DNA of 64,000 nucleotides from Alphaproteobacteria bacterium (GTDB lineage Bacteria > Pseudomonadota > Alphaproteobacteria > Rs-D84), in assembly GCA_016927735.1 (NCBI GenBank), contig JAFGMC010000012.1:13093-77092 (forward strand). The letters run 5' to 3'. The position numbers and the translations under genes are program-made. Below are positions 51,540 through 61,070 of the stretch, in pieces (the first letter of the stretch is position 1; each line of letters starts with the position of its first letter). The notes under the pieces are model-generated. The model had not been told where the DNA came from. It searched no databases and worked only from the letters and a program-made list of their open reading frames with translations.

Positions 51540-52399
51540 AAGTTGGGATACTGGGGGCAGGGGCATGGGGAACAGCACTGGCTATTTTATCTGCAAAGAC
51601 CGGTAATAAAGTCACTTTATGGTCTTATGATGGATTAACTTCAAAATTCGAAGGTGTAAAGACACTTACATCTATAAAAACAACGAAAAATATCCAAGAT
51701 TTGCAAAATATGGATTTGTGGCTGGTCGTGACACCAGCTGCATATTTTCGTGAAACAATAAAGAAAAGTGCCGCTTTTTATAATGGGAAACCTGTAATTA
51801 TATGTACCAAAGGGATTGAACCTGACAGTCATAAATTTATGTCTGAAATTTTACAAGAAGAATTACCAAACTGTAAAGATTTTGGTGTATTATCTGGTCC
51901 ACAATTCGCGGCTGAGGTTGCAAGCGGTGTTCCAACTGGCAGCACACTGGCCGGAACAAAAAATACTATCACAGCAGGTAAAAAAATATTATCTGGTATG
52001 TATCTGGAAGAATCAAGCGATGTAATAGGCTCAGAAATATGCGGTGTTGGTAAAAATGCCATTGCATTGATTTCTGGTTTTACAAGCATAAAATCTGGTG
52101 GAGAAAACGAAAAAGCATTGATATTCACACGGGCGTGGAACGAAGTGGTCGATTTTGGTCTGGCCAATGGTGCAAACATCAGATCTTTCTTGGGACTTTG
52201 CGGAATAGGGGACTTATTCTTATCAGCGACATCCATAACCAGTCGCAATTATTCAGCTGGCGTATCTTTTGCAAAGAAAAAAAAGATTGTTGGAACCGTA
52301 GAAGGGATATCCGCATTAAACGGATTAATTTTCAGATCAAAAAAACAAAAAATTGCGATACCAGTATTAAAAGATATGAAATCAAAAATGGATTTATAA
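51536..52399 (+). CDS. gpsA: NAD(P)H-dependent glycerol-3-phosphate dehydrogenase (short form)
   Basis: Rossmann motif VGILGAGAWGTALAI. Also GPQFAAEVA, KNAIALISG and GLCGIGDL. Confidence 0.75.
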   Translation: MKVGILGAGAWGTALAILSAKTGNKVTLWSYDGLTSKFEGVKTLTSIKTTKNIQDLQNMDLWLVVTPAAYFRETIKKSAAFYNGKPVIICTKGIEPDSHKFMSEILQEELPNCKDFGVLSGPQFAAEVASGVPTGSTLAGTKNTITAGKKILSGMYLEESSDVIGSEICGVGKNAIALISGFTSIKSGGENEKALIFTRAWNEVVDFGLANGANIRSFLGLCGIGDLFLSATSITSRNYSAGVSFAKKKKIVGTVEGISALNGLIFRSKKQKIAIPVLKDMKSKMDL

Positions 52400-52519
52400 T
52401 CTATAAAATTTAATCCATATAAAAATAAATAAAAACAATAAAATACCGGCTATTTCATATGAAATCATATAATAAACCGGTATTTAAAAATTAAACCCGC
52501 TATTTAAGCGGGTTCAATA

Positions 52520-52933
52520 TTATTTAACAGAGGTTGCTGCATTTCTGTTTTGTGACCAAACTTCTTCGCCTGTACCCATAACAGATGGACGTTCTTTACC
52601 ATAAGAAATAGTAGAGATACGTTTTGAACTGATTCCATCTTTTACGATAACAGATTTAGCTGCGGCTGCACGATGTGCACCCAATGCCAGATTGTATTCT
52701 GTTGAACCACGTTCGTCGCAATTACCAGCGATTTGAATTTTTGTATCTGGGTGATTTTTCATATATAATGATTGACCCAAAAGGTTATTGTTTGCATCCT
52801 TAGAAATTTCTGAAGAATCGAAAGCAAAGAATACTTTTTGACCATTCATATCAGAAGGTTCTACGATTGAACCACCGCAAGCAGCCAATAATCCAGCGAT
52901 ACCGGCCAACATTGCAAAGTTTTTTATTTTCAT
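52520..52933 (-). CDS. pal: Peptidoglycan-associated lipoprotein (OmpA-family)
   Basis: Lipobox LLAA-C. OmpA-like domain F.FDSSEI......L......IQIAGNCDERGSTEYNLALGAHRA. Confidence 0.85.
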   Translation of the reverse strand: MKIKNFAMLAGIAGLLAACGGSIVEPSDMNGQKVFFAFDSSEISKDANNNLLGQSLYMKNHPDTKIQIAGNCDERGSTEYNLALGAHRAAAAKSVIVKDGISSKRISTISYGKERPSVMGTGEEVWSQNRNAATSVK

Positions 52934-53010
52934 GAAAATACTCCCTTGTATTTTTGTTGTTCATCCGTTAGTCTATAACAAAATATTTGAAAAATCAAGG
53001 GAAAATACTA

Positions 53011-53763
53011 ATGGGAACTAATTCTTTATGTGATTTAAAATTGGCTGGTGTTAAATGGGAATTAGTTGAAAACCTGGATGCATCAAAAGAAACTTTTAAA
53101 CCAAATGATTTGAAAAAAAATTCATCAAAAACTAACAACTCCATATCTTTTGAAACATCTGTAATACCACCCGTTGCACCAATTAATGTATCTGTATCAG
53201 AACGAATATCAAAAACTGTAAATAATTTATCTGAACTGTCCGATGTTATAAAAAGTTTTAATCACCCATTACGTCAATTCGTAAAAAATACAATTTTACC
53301 AAATTTCACAAAATCCAGTAGTTTATTGATTATTACAGATGCGCCTTCTAGTGATGACGATACAAATGGCAGTATACTGAGCGGTATTGCAGGTGAAATG
53401 TTGGACAAGATGCTTTCTGCAATTGGACTGAATAGGAATAATGTTTCTATTTTACCACTCGTATTTTGGCGAACACCTGGGGGACGAACCCCAACACGTG
53501 AAGAATTAGATCTGACAAGACCGTTTATTAATCGTACAATTGATTTATTAAAACCAAAAATAATTTTGACACTGGGCGCACTGACAGCAACTGAATTGAT
53601 AGATGCAAAATTACCAAAAAATCATGGTAATATCATGGAAAACCCTGATGGTATTCAAGTTATTCCTATTTATCATCCAAATTATTTGATTTTAAAACCT
53701 GATTCAAAAAAAGATGTTTGGGAAGCATTACAAAAACTACAAAACTTGTTGAAAGTTGACTGA
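53011..53763 (+). CDS. Uracil-DNA glycosylase superfamily protein (family-4-like, divergent motif A)
   Basis: LLIITDAPSSDDDTNGSILSGIAGEMLDKML and IYHPNYL blocks, with an N-terminal extension. The track ORF opens at TTG 52987; ATG 53011 is preferred. Confidence 0.6.
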   Translation: MGTNSLCDLKLAGVKWELVENLDASKETFKPNDLKKNSSKTNNSISFETSVIPPVAPINVSVSERISKTVNNLSELSDVIKSFNHPLRQFVKNTILPNFTKSSSLLIITDAPSSDDDTNGSILSGIAGEMLDKMLSAIGLNRNNVSILPLVFWRTPGGRTPTREELDLTRPFINRTIDLLKPKIILTLGALTATELIDAKLPKNHGNIMENPDGIQVIPIYHPNYLILKPDSKKDVWEALQKLQNLLKVD

Positions 53764-53794
53764 ATATAGTTAATAATTAACGCATAGACTAAAA

Positions 53795-53809
53795 AAGGAG
53801 CCTACTATT
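53795..53809 (+). promoter_or_regulatory. infC ribosome-binding site with candidate ATT initiation codon
   Basis: AAGGAG (53795-53800), a 6-nt spacer, then ATT (53807-53809) in frame with the IF-3 ORF. No ATG, GTG or TTG lies in the open frame upstream of 53843. Confidence 0.5.
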
Positions 53810-54355
53810 AAACCAACATTTAACCGTGATAATCGCAGGGATATGGGTCCCCGCATGAATAATAAAATTTTTGCCAAAAGTGTGCAGGTAATATCCAACA
53901 CTGGTGCTAATCTTGGTACAATGCCTACACCACAAGCCTTGCAAATTGCAATGGACGAAGGTTTGGATTTAGTTGAAATCAATGCCACATCTACACCACC
54001 AATTGTAAAAATTATGGATTATGGCAAGTTCAAATATGAACAGAAAAAGAAAGCCAACGAAGCCAAGAAAAATCAAAAAACCACGGAACTTAAAGAAGTA
54101 TGGATAAAACCTTTTATCGAAGAAAATGATTTTAATATTAAGATGAAGAAAGTTTTTGAGTTTTTGGACGATGGGAATAAAGTAAAAATTTCTGTTATGA
54201 CCAAGGGAAGTAAAAAGGTTTTGGCGCGTGGTAAAGACGTTGTTCCAGATTTGTTTAATAAGATAATTGAAACAATTGGGGACAAGGGAACACTGGAAAG
54301 TAAATCAAAACCAGATGAACGAACCAAATCAATTATTGTTGCTCCTGTTAAATAA
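53807..54355 (+). CDS. infC: Translation initiation factor IF-3
   Basis: LDLVEINATSTPPIVKIMDYGKFKYEQKKK and C-terminal domain motifs. Start inferred at ATT 53807; the conservative alternative is ATG 53843. Confidence 0.85.
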   Translation: MKPTFNRDNRRDMGPRMNNKIFAKSVQVISNTGANLGTMPTPQALQIAMDEGLDLVEINATSTPPIVKIMDYGKFKYEQKKKANEAKKNQKTTELKEVWIKPFIEENDFNIKMKKVFEFLDDGNKVKISVMTKGSKKVLARGKDVVPDLFNKIIETIGDKGTLESKSKPDERTKSIIVAPVK

Positions 54356-54380
54356 AAAAACCGGCAAAACGCCGGTTTTA
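54354..54380 (+). terminator. Rho-independent terminator after infC
   Basis: A-run-CCGGC-AAAAC-GCCGG-TTTT. Confidence 0.75.
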
Positions 54381-54432
54381 TTGTTTATTTTATTTGCAAT
54401 TATTTTTTACTTTGTTATAATTCGTGGCGCTT

Positions 54433-54509
54433 GGGTGATTAGCTCAGTTGGCTAGAGCGTTACGTTGACATCGTAGAGGTCGTTGGTTCGAGCCCAATAT
54501 CACCCACCA
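54433..54509 (+). tRNA. tRNA-Val (anticodon GAC), CCA encoded
   Basis: Acceptor GGGTGAT/ATCACCC, anticodon stem TTACG/CGTAG with loop TTGACAT, T-loop TTCGAGC. Confidence 0.9.
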
Positions 54510-54588
54510 GATTTTGTGGGGAAAAATATAGAAAATGCGAATGCAAAATTAATCTTGTAAAAATATTTAACGGGATTCACATTTTTTG

Positions 54589-54616
54589 AACGCCCCGTTT
54601 GGGGCGTTTATTTGTT
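54589..54616 (+). terminator. Rho-independent terminator after tRNA-Val
   Basis: AACGCCCC-GTTT-GGGGCGTT followed by TATTTGTT. Confidence 0.65.
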
Positions 54617-54632
54617 AAAAAACGAGAAATAG

Positions 54633-56624
54633 ATGAAAAATAAAGAAAACAAATATCTTATTACCAGCGCACTACCTTATGTTAATGGTGAATTACACAT
54701 TGGACATCTTGTTGGTTGTTATCTACCCAGTGATGTTTATGCCAGATTTTGTCGCGCAATGGGTCGTGATGTATTATTTATTTGTGGTGCAGATGAACAT
54801 GGGACACCTACAATTGTTGGTGCTGCAAAAGAGGGTATGTCCATTATCGATTACAATAACAAGTATCTAGAAAAACATTTAAAATCCGTTAATGATTTTA
54901 ATCTGTCTTTTGATTTGTACGGTCGCACACACACAGAATTACAAGAAAAACTGATTCATGAATTGTTTTTACGTTTGGACGAGCAAGGTTTAATTGAAGA
55001 ACGTGAAACTATCCAACCTTTCTCGGTCGATGATGATATGTTCTTGGCAGACAGACAAATAGAAGGAACTTGTCCAAAGTGCGGCTATGAAAAGGCACGT
55101 GGTGACCAGTGCGACGCATGCAGCGCAACATACGAGGCAAATGAGCTTAAAAATCCACATTCTGTGATTTCAGGTGGCACCAATATTGAAATGCGCCCAA
55201 CAAAAAACTTATTCTTTTTAGCATCCAAAATAGAAGATAAATGGAAAGAATGGCTGACAATCAAATCCCCAAAATGGTCAAAGTCCGCACATGCAATTGC
55301 AAAGGGTTGGGCAAACGAGGGACTGCGTGACACCAGTATAACCCGTGATTTATCTTGGGGAATACCTGTAAATAAACCAGGGTTTGAACACAAAGTATTT
55401 TATGTTTGGTTTGACGCGCCATGGGGATATGTTTCTATTTCACAAGCGGCAACCAATGATTGGGCGGATTGGTGGAAAAACAATAAATGCCACTATGCAC
55501 AATTCATGGGCAAAGATAATGTAAAATTCCATGCGGTATTTTTCCCAGAACAACAATTGGCTATGAATGACGGTTGGAAGACCGTGGATATGTTAAAGGG
55601 TTTGAATTTCTTGAATTTTGAGGGCGCAAAGATATCAAAATCAACCGGTAATGGGATATTTTTGGAAACCGCTATTACAGAGGCACCAGCTGACACCTGG
55701 CGTTATGCACTGATGGCATCTGCACCTGAAACAGATGATACAGATTTCACAATCCAAAGATTCGCAGACATTGTGAACAAGGATTTGAATGGAATTCTGG
55801 GCAACTTTGTTTCACGCGTCTGCAAAATGACAGAAAAGAGTTTTGAAAATAAAATTCCAGCCAATGCAAAAACAAATGATTTTAATCTAGACAAAAGAAT
55901 TAATGAAAAATTATCTGATTTAACAACTGCATTGGATGCGTGTGAGTTCCGCGCAGCAATCACTGCGCTACGCAGTATTTGGGCAATTGGCAATGAATTT
56001 ATGACAGAACAGGAACCTTGGACCTTGGTTAAAAATAATGATTTGACCAGGGCAGGGGTTGTATTGAATGAATGTTTTCAGTTAATTGATTTTTATGCAC
56101 GTATTTCTGCACCATTTATACCAGATACGGCTGATAAAATAAGGTCAATATTCAAGAATAAAAAAGACCTTTCTTGGCCAGCAGAATATAAACATCGTAT
56201 AAAAAATGATGAAGAATTCATTGTTCCAGAAAATCTATTTGCGCGTATCGATGAAGAAAAAATTAAATCGATGACCGAAAAGTACATTAAACAGGCACCA
56301 AAAATTGTAATCGCAAAAATCCTGTCCGCGTCGGCACATCCGGATTCTGACCACCTGCAGGTTTTGTCTGTTGATGCTGGCGATGGTAAAACACTGGAAA
56401 TCGTATGCGGTGCACCAAATGCACGGGCAGGCTTGGTCGGTGTACTGGCACGTGTTGGCGCTACACTTCCTGGATTTGATAAACCACTGGAAAAACGAAA
56501 AGTTCGTGGCATAATTTCTAATGGTATGATGTGTGCTGCTGATGAATTAGGGATCGGTGCTGATCATGACGGTATACTGGAATTACCAGATGATTCTGTT
56601 ATTGGATCTGAATTTAAAATGTAA
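54633..56624 (+). CDS. metG: Methionyl-tRNA synthetase with C-terminal tRNA-binding (Trbp111-like) domain
   Basis: [15 protein letters not shown] (HIGH), KISKS (KMSKS), a Cys knuckle CPKCGY..CDAC, and C-terminal [18 protein letters not shown]. Confidence 0.95.
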   Translation: MKNKENKYLITSALPYVNGELHIGHLVGCYLPSDVYARFCRAMGRDVLFICGADEHGTPTIVGAAKEGMSIIDYNNKYLEKHLKSVNDFNLSFDLYGRTHTELQEKLIHELFLRLDEQGLIEERETIQPFSVDDDMFLADRQIEGTCPKCGYEKARGDQCDACSATYEANELKNPHSVISGGTNIEMRPTKNLFFLASKIEDKWKEWLTIKSPKWSKSAHAIAKGWANEGLRDTSITRDLSWGIPVNKPGFEHKVFYVWFDAPWGYVSISQAATNDWADWWKNNKCHYAQFMGKDNVKFHAVFFPEQQLAMNDGWKTVDMLKGLNFLNFEGAKISKSTGNGIFLETAITEAPADTWRYALMASAPETDDTDFTIQRFADIVNKDLNGILGNFVSRVCKMTEKSFENKIPANAKTNDFNLDKRINEKLSDLTTALDACEFRAAITALRSIWAIGNEFMTEQEPWTLVKNNDLTRAGVVLNECFQLIDFYARISAPFIPDTADKIRSIFKNKKDLSWPAEYKHRIKNDEEFIVPENLFARIDEEKIKSMTEKYIKQAPKIVIAKILSASAHPDSDHLQVLSVDAGDGKTLEIVCGAPNARAGLVGVLARVGATLPGFDKPLEKRKVRGIISNGMMCAADELGIGADHDGILELPDDSVIGSEFKM

Positions 56625-56639
56625 AAAAGGTGCAAAATT

Positions 56640-56948
56640 ATGTTTTTAAGAGTCATTAATTCAACAGAAACTTATGATGAAACAAATAATATGTTTTCTA
56701 TTTCTTGTAATAAATGTTTAAAGAACGCTTTGTGCCAACAAACCGAAAATACTTGTTCAATAATCAAATTAATTCAAAGTTCTCTTGGAAATAAAATTAT
56801 TGGTACACACATTCATTTCTATAATAATAAAGTATTTTTTTATGCAGAACCAAAAACAAATAAAGATTTTCAAACATTCCGAACCACATTTAAATCGATA
56901 AATACTGAATTCAGAAAATTTATATATAATGTTCAGAATGTAAAATGA
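56640..56948 (+). CDS. Hypothetical small protein (102 aa)
   Basis: ATG ORF between metG and queH. Its stop overlaps the queH ATG (ATGA). Four Cys near the N-terminus. No family recognised. Confidence 0.4.
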   Translation: MFLRVINSTETYDETNNMFSISCNKCLKNALCQQTENTCSIIKLIQSSLGNKIIGTHIHFYNNKVFFYAEPKTNKDFQTFRTTFKSINTEFRKFIYNVQNVK

Positions 56949-57487
56949 AAATTGGAATACGACTTGTTTTAATGTCTTGTTGTACACCTTGCAGTGCGGG
57001 GGCAATAAAGCAATTACATGATGGTGAATTTCCAGAAGTTGATGATTTTGTCGTACTGTTTTATAATCCTAATATATTTCCAGAAACAGAATATCAAAAA
57101 AGACTAGCTGAACAGATTAAATACTGCGAATCACTAGGCACAAAATATGCTGTTGGTGATTATAATCATAAAGAATGGTTGGCGGCGGTTAATGGTTTGG
57201 GAAACGAACCTGAACGTGGTGCACGCTGCAGTGAATGTTTTAAACATCGTTTTAAATTCGCGCAAAATTGGGCAATCCAAAATGGTTATAATACAATTGC
57301 TTCTGTTTTTGGCGTTTCAAAACACAAGGATCAAAACCAGGTTGATGCCTGTGCAATATCTGAAATACAAAAATTAACGTATTTACCGGCAAAATGGGAT
57401 AATTCTTTGAAACAAAAAATTAACCAAGAATCTAATTTTTATCGTCAGAATTATTGCGGTTGCGAATTCAGTTTTCGCAAAGTATAA
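56945..57487 (+). CDS. queH: Epoxyqueuosine reductase QueH (DUF208)
   Basis: LMSCCTPCS at the N-terminus, RCSECF in the middle, and C-terminal YRQNYCGCEFS. Confidence 0.8.
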   Translation: MKIGIRLVLMSCCTPCSAGAIKQLHDGEFPEVDDFVVLFYNPNIFPETEYQKRLAEQIKYCESLGTKYAVGDYNHKEWLAAVNGLGNEPERGARCSECFKHRFKFAQNWAIQNGYNTIASVFGVSKHKDQNQVDACAISEIQKLTYLPAKWDNSLKQKINQESNFYRQNYCGCEFSFRKV

Positions 57488-57515
57488 TAAACCAGTACAA
57501 AAAAAAGGAAAACAT

Positions 57516-58415
57516 ATGTCATCTATTTTTATTTTCCCAGGTCAGGGCAGTCAGGCTGTCGGTATGGGTAAAGATTTGTATGATAATCATGCAATTGCAC
57601 GTGAAGTTTTTAATGAGGTTGATGATGCACTGAATCAAAAATTATCTGATATTATATTTAATGGTCCAATCGAAGAATTAACACTGACCGCAAATGTTCA
57701 GCCTGCAATTATGGCTGTATCTATTGCTATGTTCCGTGTTGCAAATCTTCCATTAACGCCATTTGTTGCTGGTCATTCATTGGGTGAATATACCGCACTT
57801 TGCGCAGCTGGTGCTTTATCATTATCAGATACTGCGAAATTATTACGTCTGCGTGGTGATTCAATGCAACGCGCAGTCCCTGTTGGTCAGGGCGCAATGG
57901 CGGTTGTGTTGGGATTGGATATTGATAAATTAACAGAAATTTGCCGCACTGCCGAAGAAAAAGCAGGGACAGATATGGTTTGCGATATTGCAAATGATAA
58001 TTCGCCTGGTCAAGTTGTAATCTCTGGATCAAAACCAGCAATTGAAATTGCAATGGAGTTGGCAAAAGAAGCCGGGGCGAAACGCGCAATGTTGTTGCCA
58101 TTATCGGTACCACCACATTCCAGACTGATGGCACCGGTCGGAATTGAAATGCAAGAAATGTTATCAAACATAAAAATGAATACGCCTGCTGTACCTTTGA
58201 TTTCAAATAAAACATGTTCTCCGCTATCTGATATAGAAGAAATAAAAGAGGCATTGGTTTATCAGATTACACATGGTGTTCGTTGGCGCGAATCAATTTT
58301 GGCAATGCCAGCATTGGGTATTACCGAAACAATCGAAGTTGGTCCAGGTAATATCCTGACCGGAATGACCAGCAGAATTGAACCAAGTTTGACAGCAAAA
58401 AAATTAGAAATATAA
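57516..58415 (+). CDS. fabD: Malonyl-CoA:ACP transacylase
   Basis: FPGQGSQAVGMG, the active-site motif GHSLGEY, and NSPGQVVISG. Confidence 0.95.
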   Translation: MSSIFIFPGQGSQAVGMGKDLYDNHAIAREVFNEVDDALNQKLSDIIFNGPIEELTLTANVQPAIMAVSIAMFRVANLPLTPFVAGHSLGEYTALCAAGALSLSDTAKLLRLRGDSMQRAVPVGQGAMAVVLGLDIDKLTEICRTAEEKAGTDMVCDIANDNSPGQVVISGSKPAIEIAMELAKEAGAKRAMLLPLSVPPHSRLMAPVGIEMQEMLSNIKMNTPAVPLISNKTCSPLSDIEEIKEALVYQITHGVRWRESILAMPALGITETIEVGPGNILTGMTSRIEPSLTAKKLEI

Positions 58416-58427
58416 AAAGGAAAAATA

Positions 58428-59156
58428 ATGTTCAGCTTAAAAGATAAAGTAGCTTTGATAACAGGTGCAACCGGTGGTATCGGAATTGCAATTGCAAAAC
58501 AAATGAAAGAAGCTGGTGCAACAGTTGTTGTGACTGGTCGCAGTGAATCAAAATTAAATGATGAATTTGATGATTCCTTTATCAAAATTGCAACAGATGT
58601 GTCCAAAGAAGGTGCAGCAGAAGAATTAATCAAAAAAACTATTGAAAAGGCCGGTAAAATTGACATTTTGGTTAATAATGCTGGAATTACAAAAGATACA
58701 CTTTTAATGCGTATGACGGACGAACAGTTTGATGATGTTATAAACACTAATCTTCGTTCAACATTCAAATTGTGTCGCGCTGTTGTTATGCCAATGATGA
58801 AGAATAAATTCGGAAGAATTATTAATATGGCATCTATTGTTGGTGCAATCGGTGGACCAGGTCAGGCAAATTATGCGGCCAGTAAGGGTGGAATGATAGC
58901 AATGACAAAGTCAATTGCCGCAGAGGTTGCATCGCGCAACATCACAGCAAACTGTATCGCACCAGGATTTATCAAAACACCAATGACAGATATTTTGACT
59001 GATGAATTGAAAGCTGCTTATTTGGCACAAATTCCAGCAGGGCGCTTTGGTGAACCAGAAGACGTTGCATCTGCATGTGCATTCTTGTCTACTGACGAAG
59101 CCAGCTATATCAATGGACAAACACTGCACATTAATGGTGGTATGGGACGTTTTTAA
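58428..59156 (+). CDS. fabG: 3-oxoacyl-ACP reductase
   Basis: ITGATGGIGIAIA, NNAGIT and YAASKGG (SDR catalytic Y-x3-K). Downstream of fabD. Confidence 0.9.
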   Translation: MFSLKDKVALITGATGGIGIAIAKQMKEAGATVVVTGRSESKLNDEFDDSFIKIATDVSKEGAAEELIKKTIEKAGKIDILVNNAGITKDTLLMRMTDEQFDDVINTNLRSTFKLCRAVVMPMMKNKFGRIINMASIVGAIGGPGQANYAASKGGMIAMTKSIAAEVASRNITANCIAPGFIKTPMTDILTDELKAAYLAQIPAGRFGEPEDVASACAFLSTDEASYINGQTLHINGGMGRF

Positions 59157-59159
59157 TTT

Positions 59160-60812
59160 ATGACTGAATTTGATGTAATTGTAATTGGCGGCGGACATGC
59201 CGGGGTAGAGGCTGCCGCGGCGGCTGCGCGCCGTGGTGCAAACGTCGCTTTATTTACAAAATCAGAATCAGATTTGGGCGCTATGTCTTGTAATCCAAGT
59301 ATCGGCGGTCCTGGTAAATCACAAATGGTGGCAGAAATTGATTCTCTGGGTGGAATCATGCCGCATGCAGCAGATTTATCTGGAATCCATTTTCGTTTAT
59401 TAAATGCATCGCATGGCGCAGCAACCCAGGCATTGCGTGCGCAAATTGACAGGAAACTTTATCACAATAATGTCAAAACACTTTTGTCTGAATATAAAAA
59501 CTTGAAAATTATTTTCGAATCTGTAGAAAACTTGGATTTAAAAAATAAAACTGTTAATAAAAAATATTCCGCAACATCTATTGTTTTAACAACTGGAACT
59601 TTTTTACGCGGACTGGTTCATCGTGGGAACGAAAAAATAGAATCAGGTAGATTGCAAGATAACGGAACATATCAAGATGCGGATAAAAATATATCAAAAA
59701 TACTCGAAAAAGCCGGTTTTTCTTTATTAAGATTAAAGACTGGTACACCTGCCAGAATACACCGGGATTCAATAAACTTTGATGTATGCGAGCCACAACC
59801 AGGTGACAGTCCACACGAATGGTTTTCTGCACCCAATGATAAAGAAATTGAACAAGTGTCTTGTTTTATAACACACACCTCTGAAAAAACTCATGAATTT
59901 ATTCGCGATAATATAAAAAATGCACCAATGTATAACGGTGAAATTCTTGGAACTGGTCCGCGCTATTGTCCATCACTGGAAGATAAAGTTATGCGGTTTC
60001 CGGAACATAAAACACATCATGTCTTTTTAGAACCCGAGGGTTTAGAAAGTGATTTAATTTATCCTAATGGAATATCCACCAGTTTCAGCTCAGAAATTCA
60101 AGATAAATGGATTCGTATGATTCCGGGTCTCGAAAATGCGAAAATTGCAAAGTATGGATACGCAATTGAATATGATGCAATCGATGCGCGCGATTTGCGT
60201 GCAACGTTAGAATCCAAAGATATTCAAGGTTTATTTTTTGCAGGTCAAATCAACGGAACCAGCGGATACGAAGAGGCTGCTGCCCAAGGACTGGTCGCGG
60301 GGGTAAATGCCGCAGCACATGCATTAAACTTACCGACACTGGATTTGGATCGCACTAATTCAATGATTGGTGTTTTAATTGATGATATAACAACATTGGG
60401 TATCGATGAACCTTATCGCATGTTTACATCACGTGCAGAATTCAGATTATCACTGCGTGGTGATAATGCAATTGCACGCTTGGGTTATATGGGCGAAAAA
60501 TTAGGTCTGATTACAAAAGACCAGCATATAGAAAAATTCATAAAAAAAGCGGGGCAAATCGAAAAAAATAATAAATTCTATGCTGGATATATTGCACGAA
60601 GCGCACGCGAGATTGAAGGTTATAAACGTGATGCCAATCTTAAAATACCAACAACATTCGACTATAAATCACTTTCTGGATTGACCAACGAACTGGTTGA
60701 AAAGCTGGCGCGCACGCGTCCTGAAAATATCGCAGATTTATCCAGAATTACAGGTATGACACCAGCTGGTATTATGGTTGTTCTGCGCAAAATTAAAACT
60801 GGAAATTCCTAG
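59160..60812 (+). CDS. mnmG: tRNA uridine 5-carboxymethylaminomethyl modification enzyme MnmG (GidA), short form
   Basis: FAD motif VIVIGGGHAGVEAAAAAAR, then NPSIGGPGK, GPRYCPS and AGQINGTSGYEEAAAQG. C-terminal ITGMTPAG. Only 550 aa. Confidence 0.9.
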   Translation: MTEFDVIVIGGGHAGVEAAAAAARRGANVALFTKSESDLGAMSCNPSIGGPGKSQMVAEIDSLGGIMPHAADLSGIHFRLLNASHGAATQALRAQIDRKLYHNNVKTLLSEYKNLKIIFESVENLDLKNKTVNKKYSATSIVLTTGTFLRGLVHRGNEKIESGRLQDNGTYQDADKNISKILEKAGFSLLRLKTGTPARIHRDSINFDVCEPQPGDSPHEWFSAPNDKEIEQVSCFITHTSEKTHEFIRDNIKNAPMYNGEILGTGPRYCPSLEDKVMRFPEHKTHHVFLEPEGLESDLIYPNGISTSFSSEIQDKWIRMIPGLENAKIAKYGYAIEYDAIDARDLRATLESKDIQGLFFAGQINGTSGYEEAAAQGLVAGVNAAAHALNLPTLDLDRTNSMIGVLIDDITTLGIDEPYRMFTSRAEFRLSLRGDNAIARLGYMGEKLGLITKDQHIEKFIKKAGQIEKNNKFYAGYIARSAREIEGYKRDANLKIPTTFDYKSLSGLTNELVEKLARTRPENIADLSRITGMTPAGIMVVLRKIKTGNS

Positions 60813-60837
60813 AAACATATTATAAACTGCTGGACAT

Positions 60838-60913
60838 GCCGGTTTAGCTCAGTTGGTAGAGCATCTCATTCGTAATGAGGGGGTCAGAGGTTCGAATCCC
60901 CTAACCGGCACCA
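60838..60913 (+). tRNA. tRNA-Thr (anticodon CGT), CCA encoded
   Basis: Acceptor GCCGGTT/AACCGGC, anticodon stem TCTCA/TGAGG with loop TTCGTAA, T-loop TTCGAAT. Confidence 0.9.
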
Positions 60914-61070
60914 TTTTAAAATCAATAATTCTTGATTTTAAATCAAATTAATTGTATAAATACCGCATGACGATAAGAAGCATAATTATTATAGGATAAA
61001 TCAGTGATGCGCTTTGGCGATTGCTGGGGCGCATGTGCGTCCATTTTTTATGTTAAACAAAGGAATACAA

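Noticed and set aside
51745-51757. TTTTCGTGAAACA, whose right half matches a parS half-site.
   Set aside because: The left half does not match (no palindrome), and it lies inside the gpsA coding sequence.
58262-58768. A 168-aa minus-strand ORF. Similar long antisense ORFs occur at 44369-44839, 51829-52248, 56093-56512 and 57727-58254.
   Set aside because: Each lies entirely antisense to a strongly motif-supported gene (fabG, the MFP adaptor, gpsA, metG, fabD). Such shadow ORFs are typical in Gly/Ala/Val-rich reading frames.
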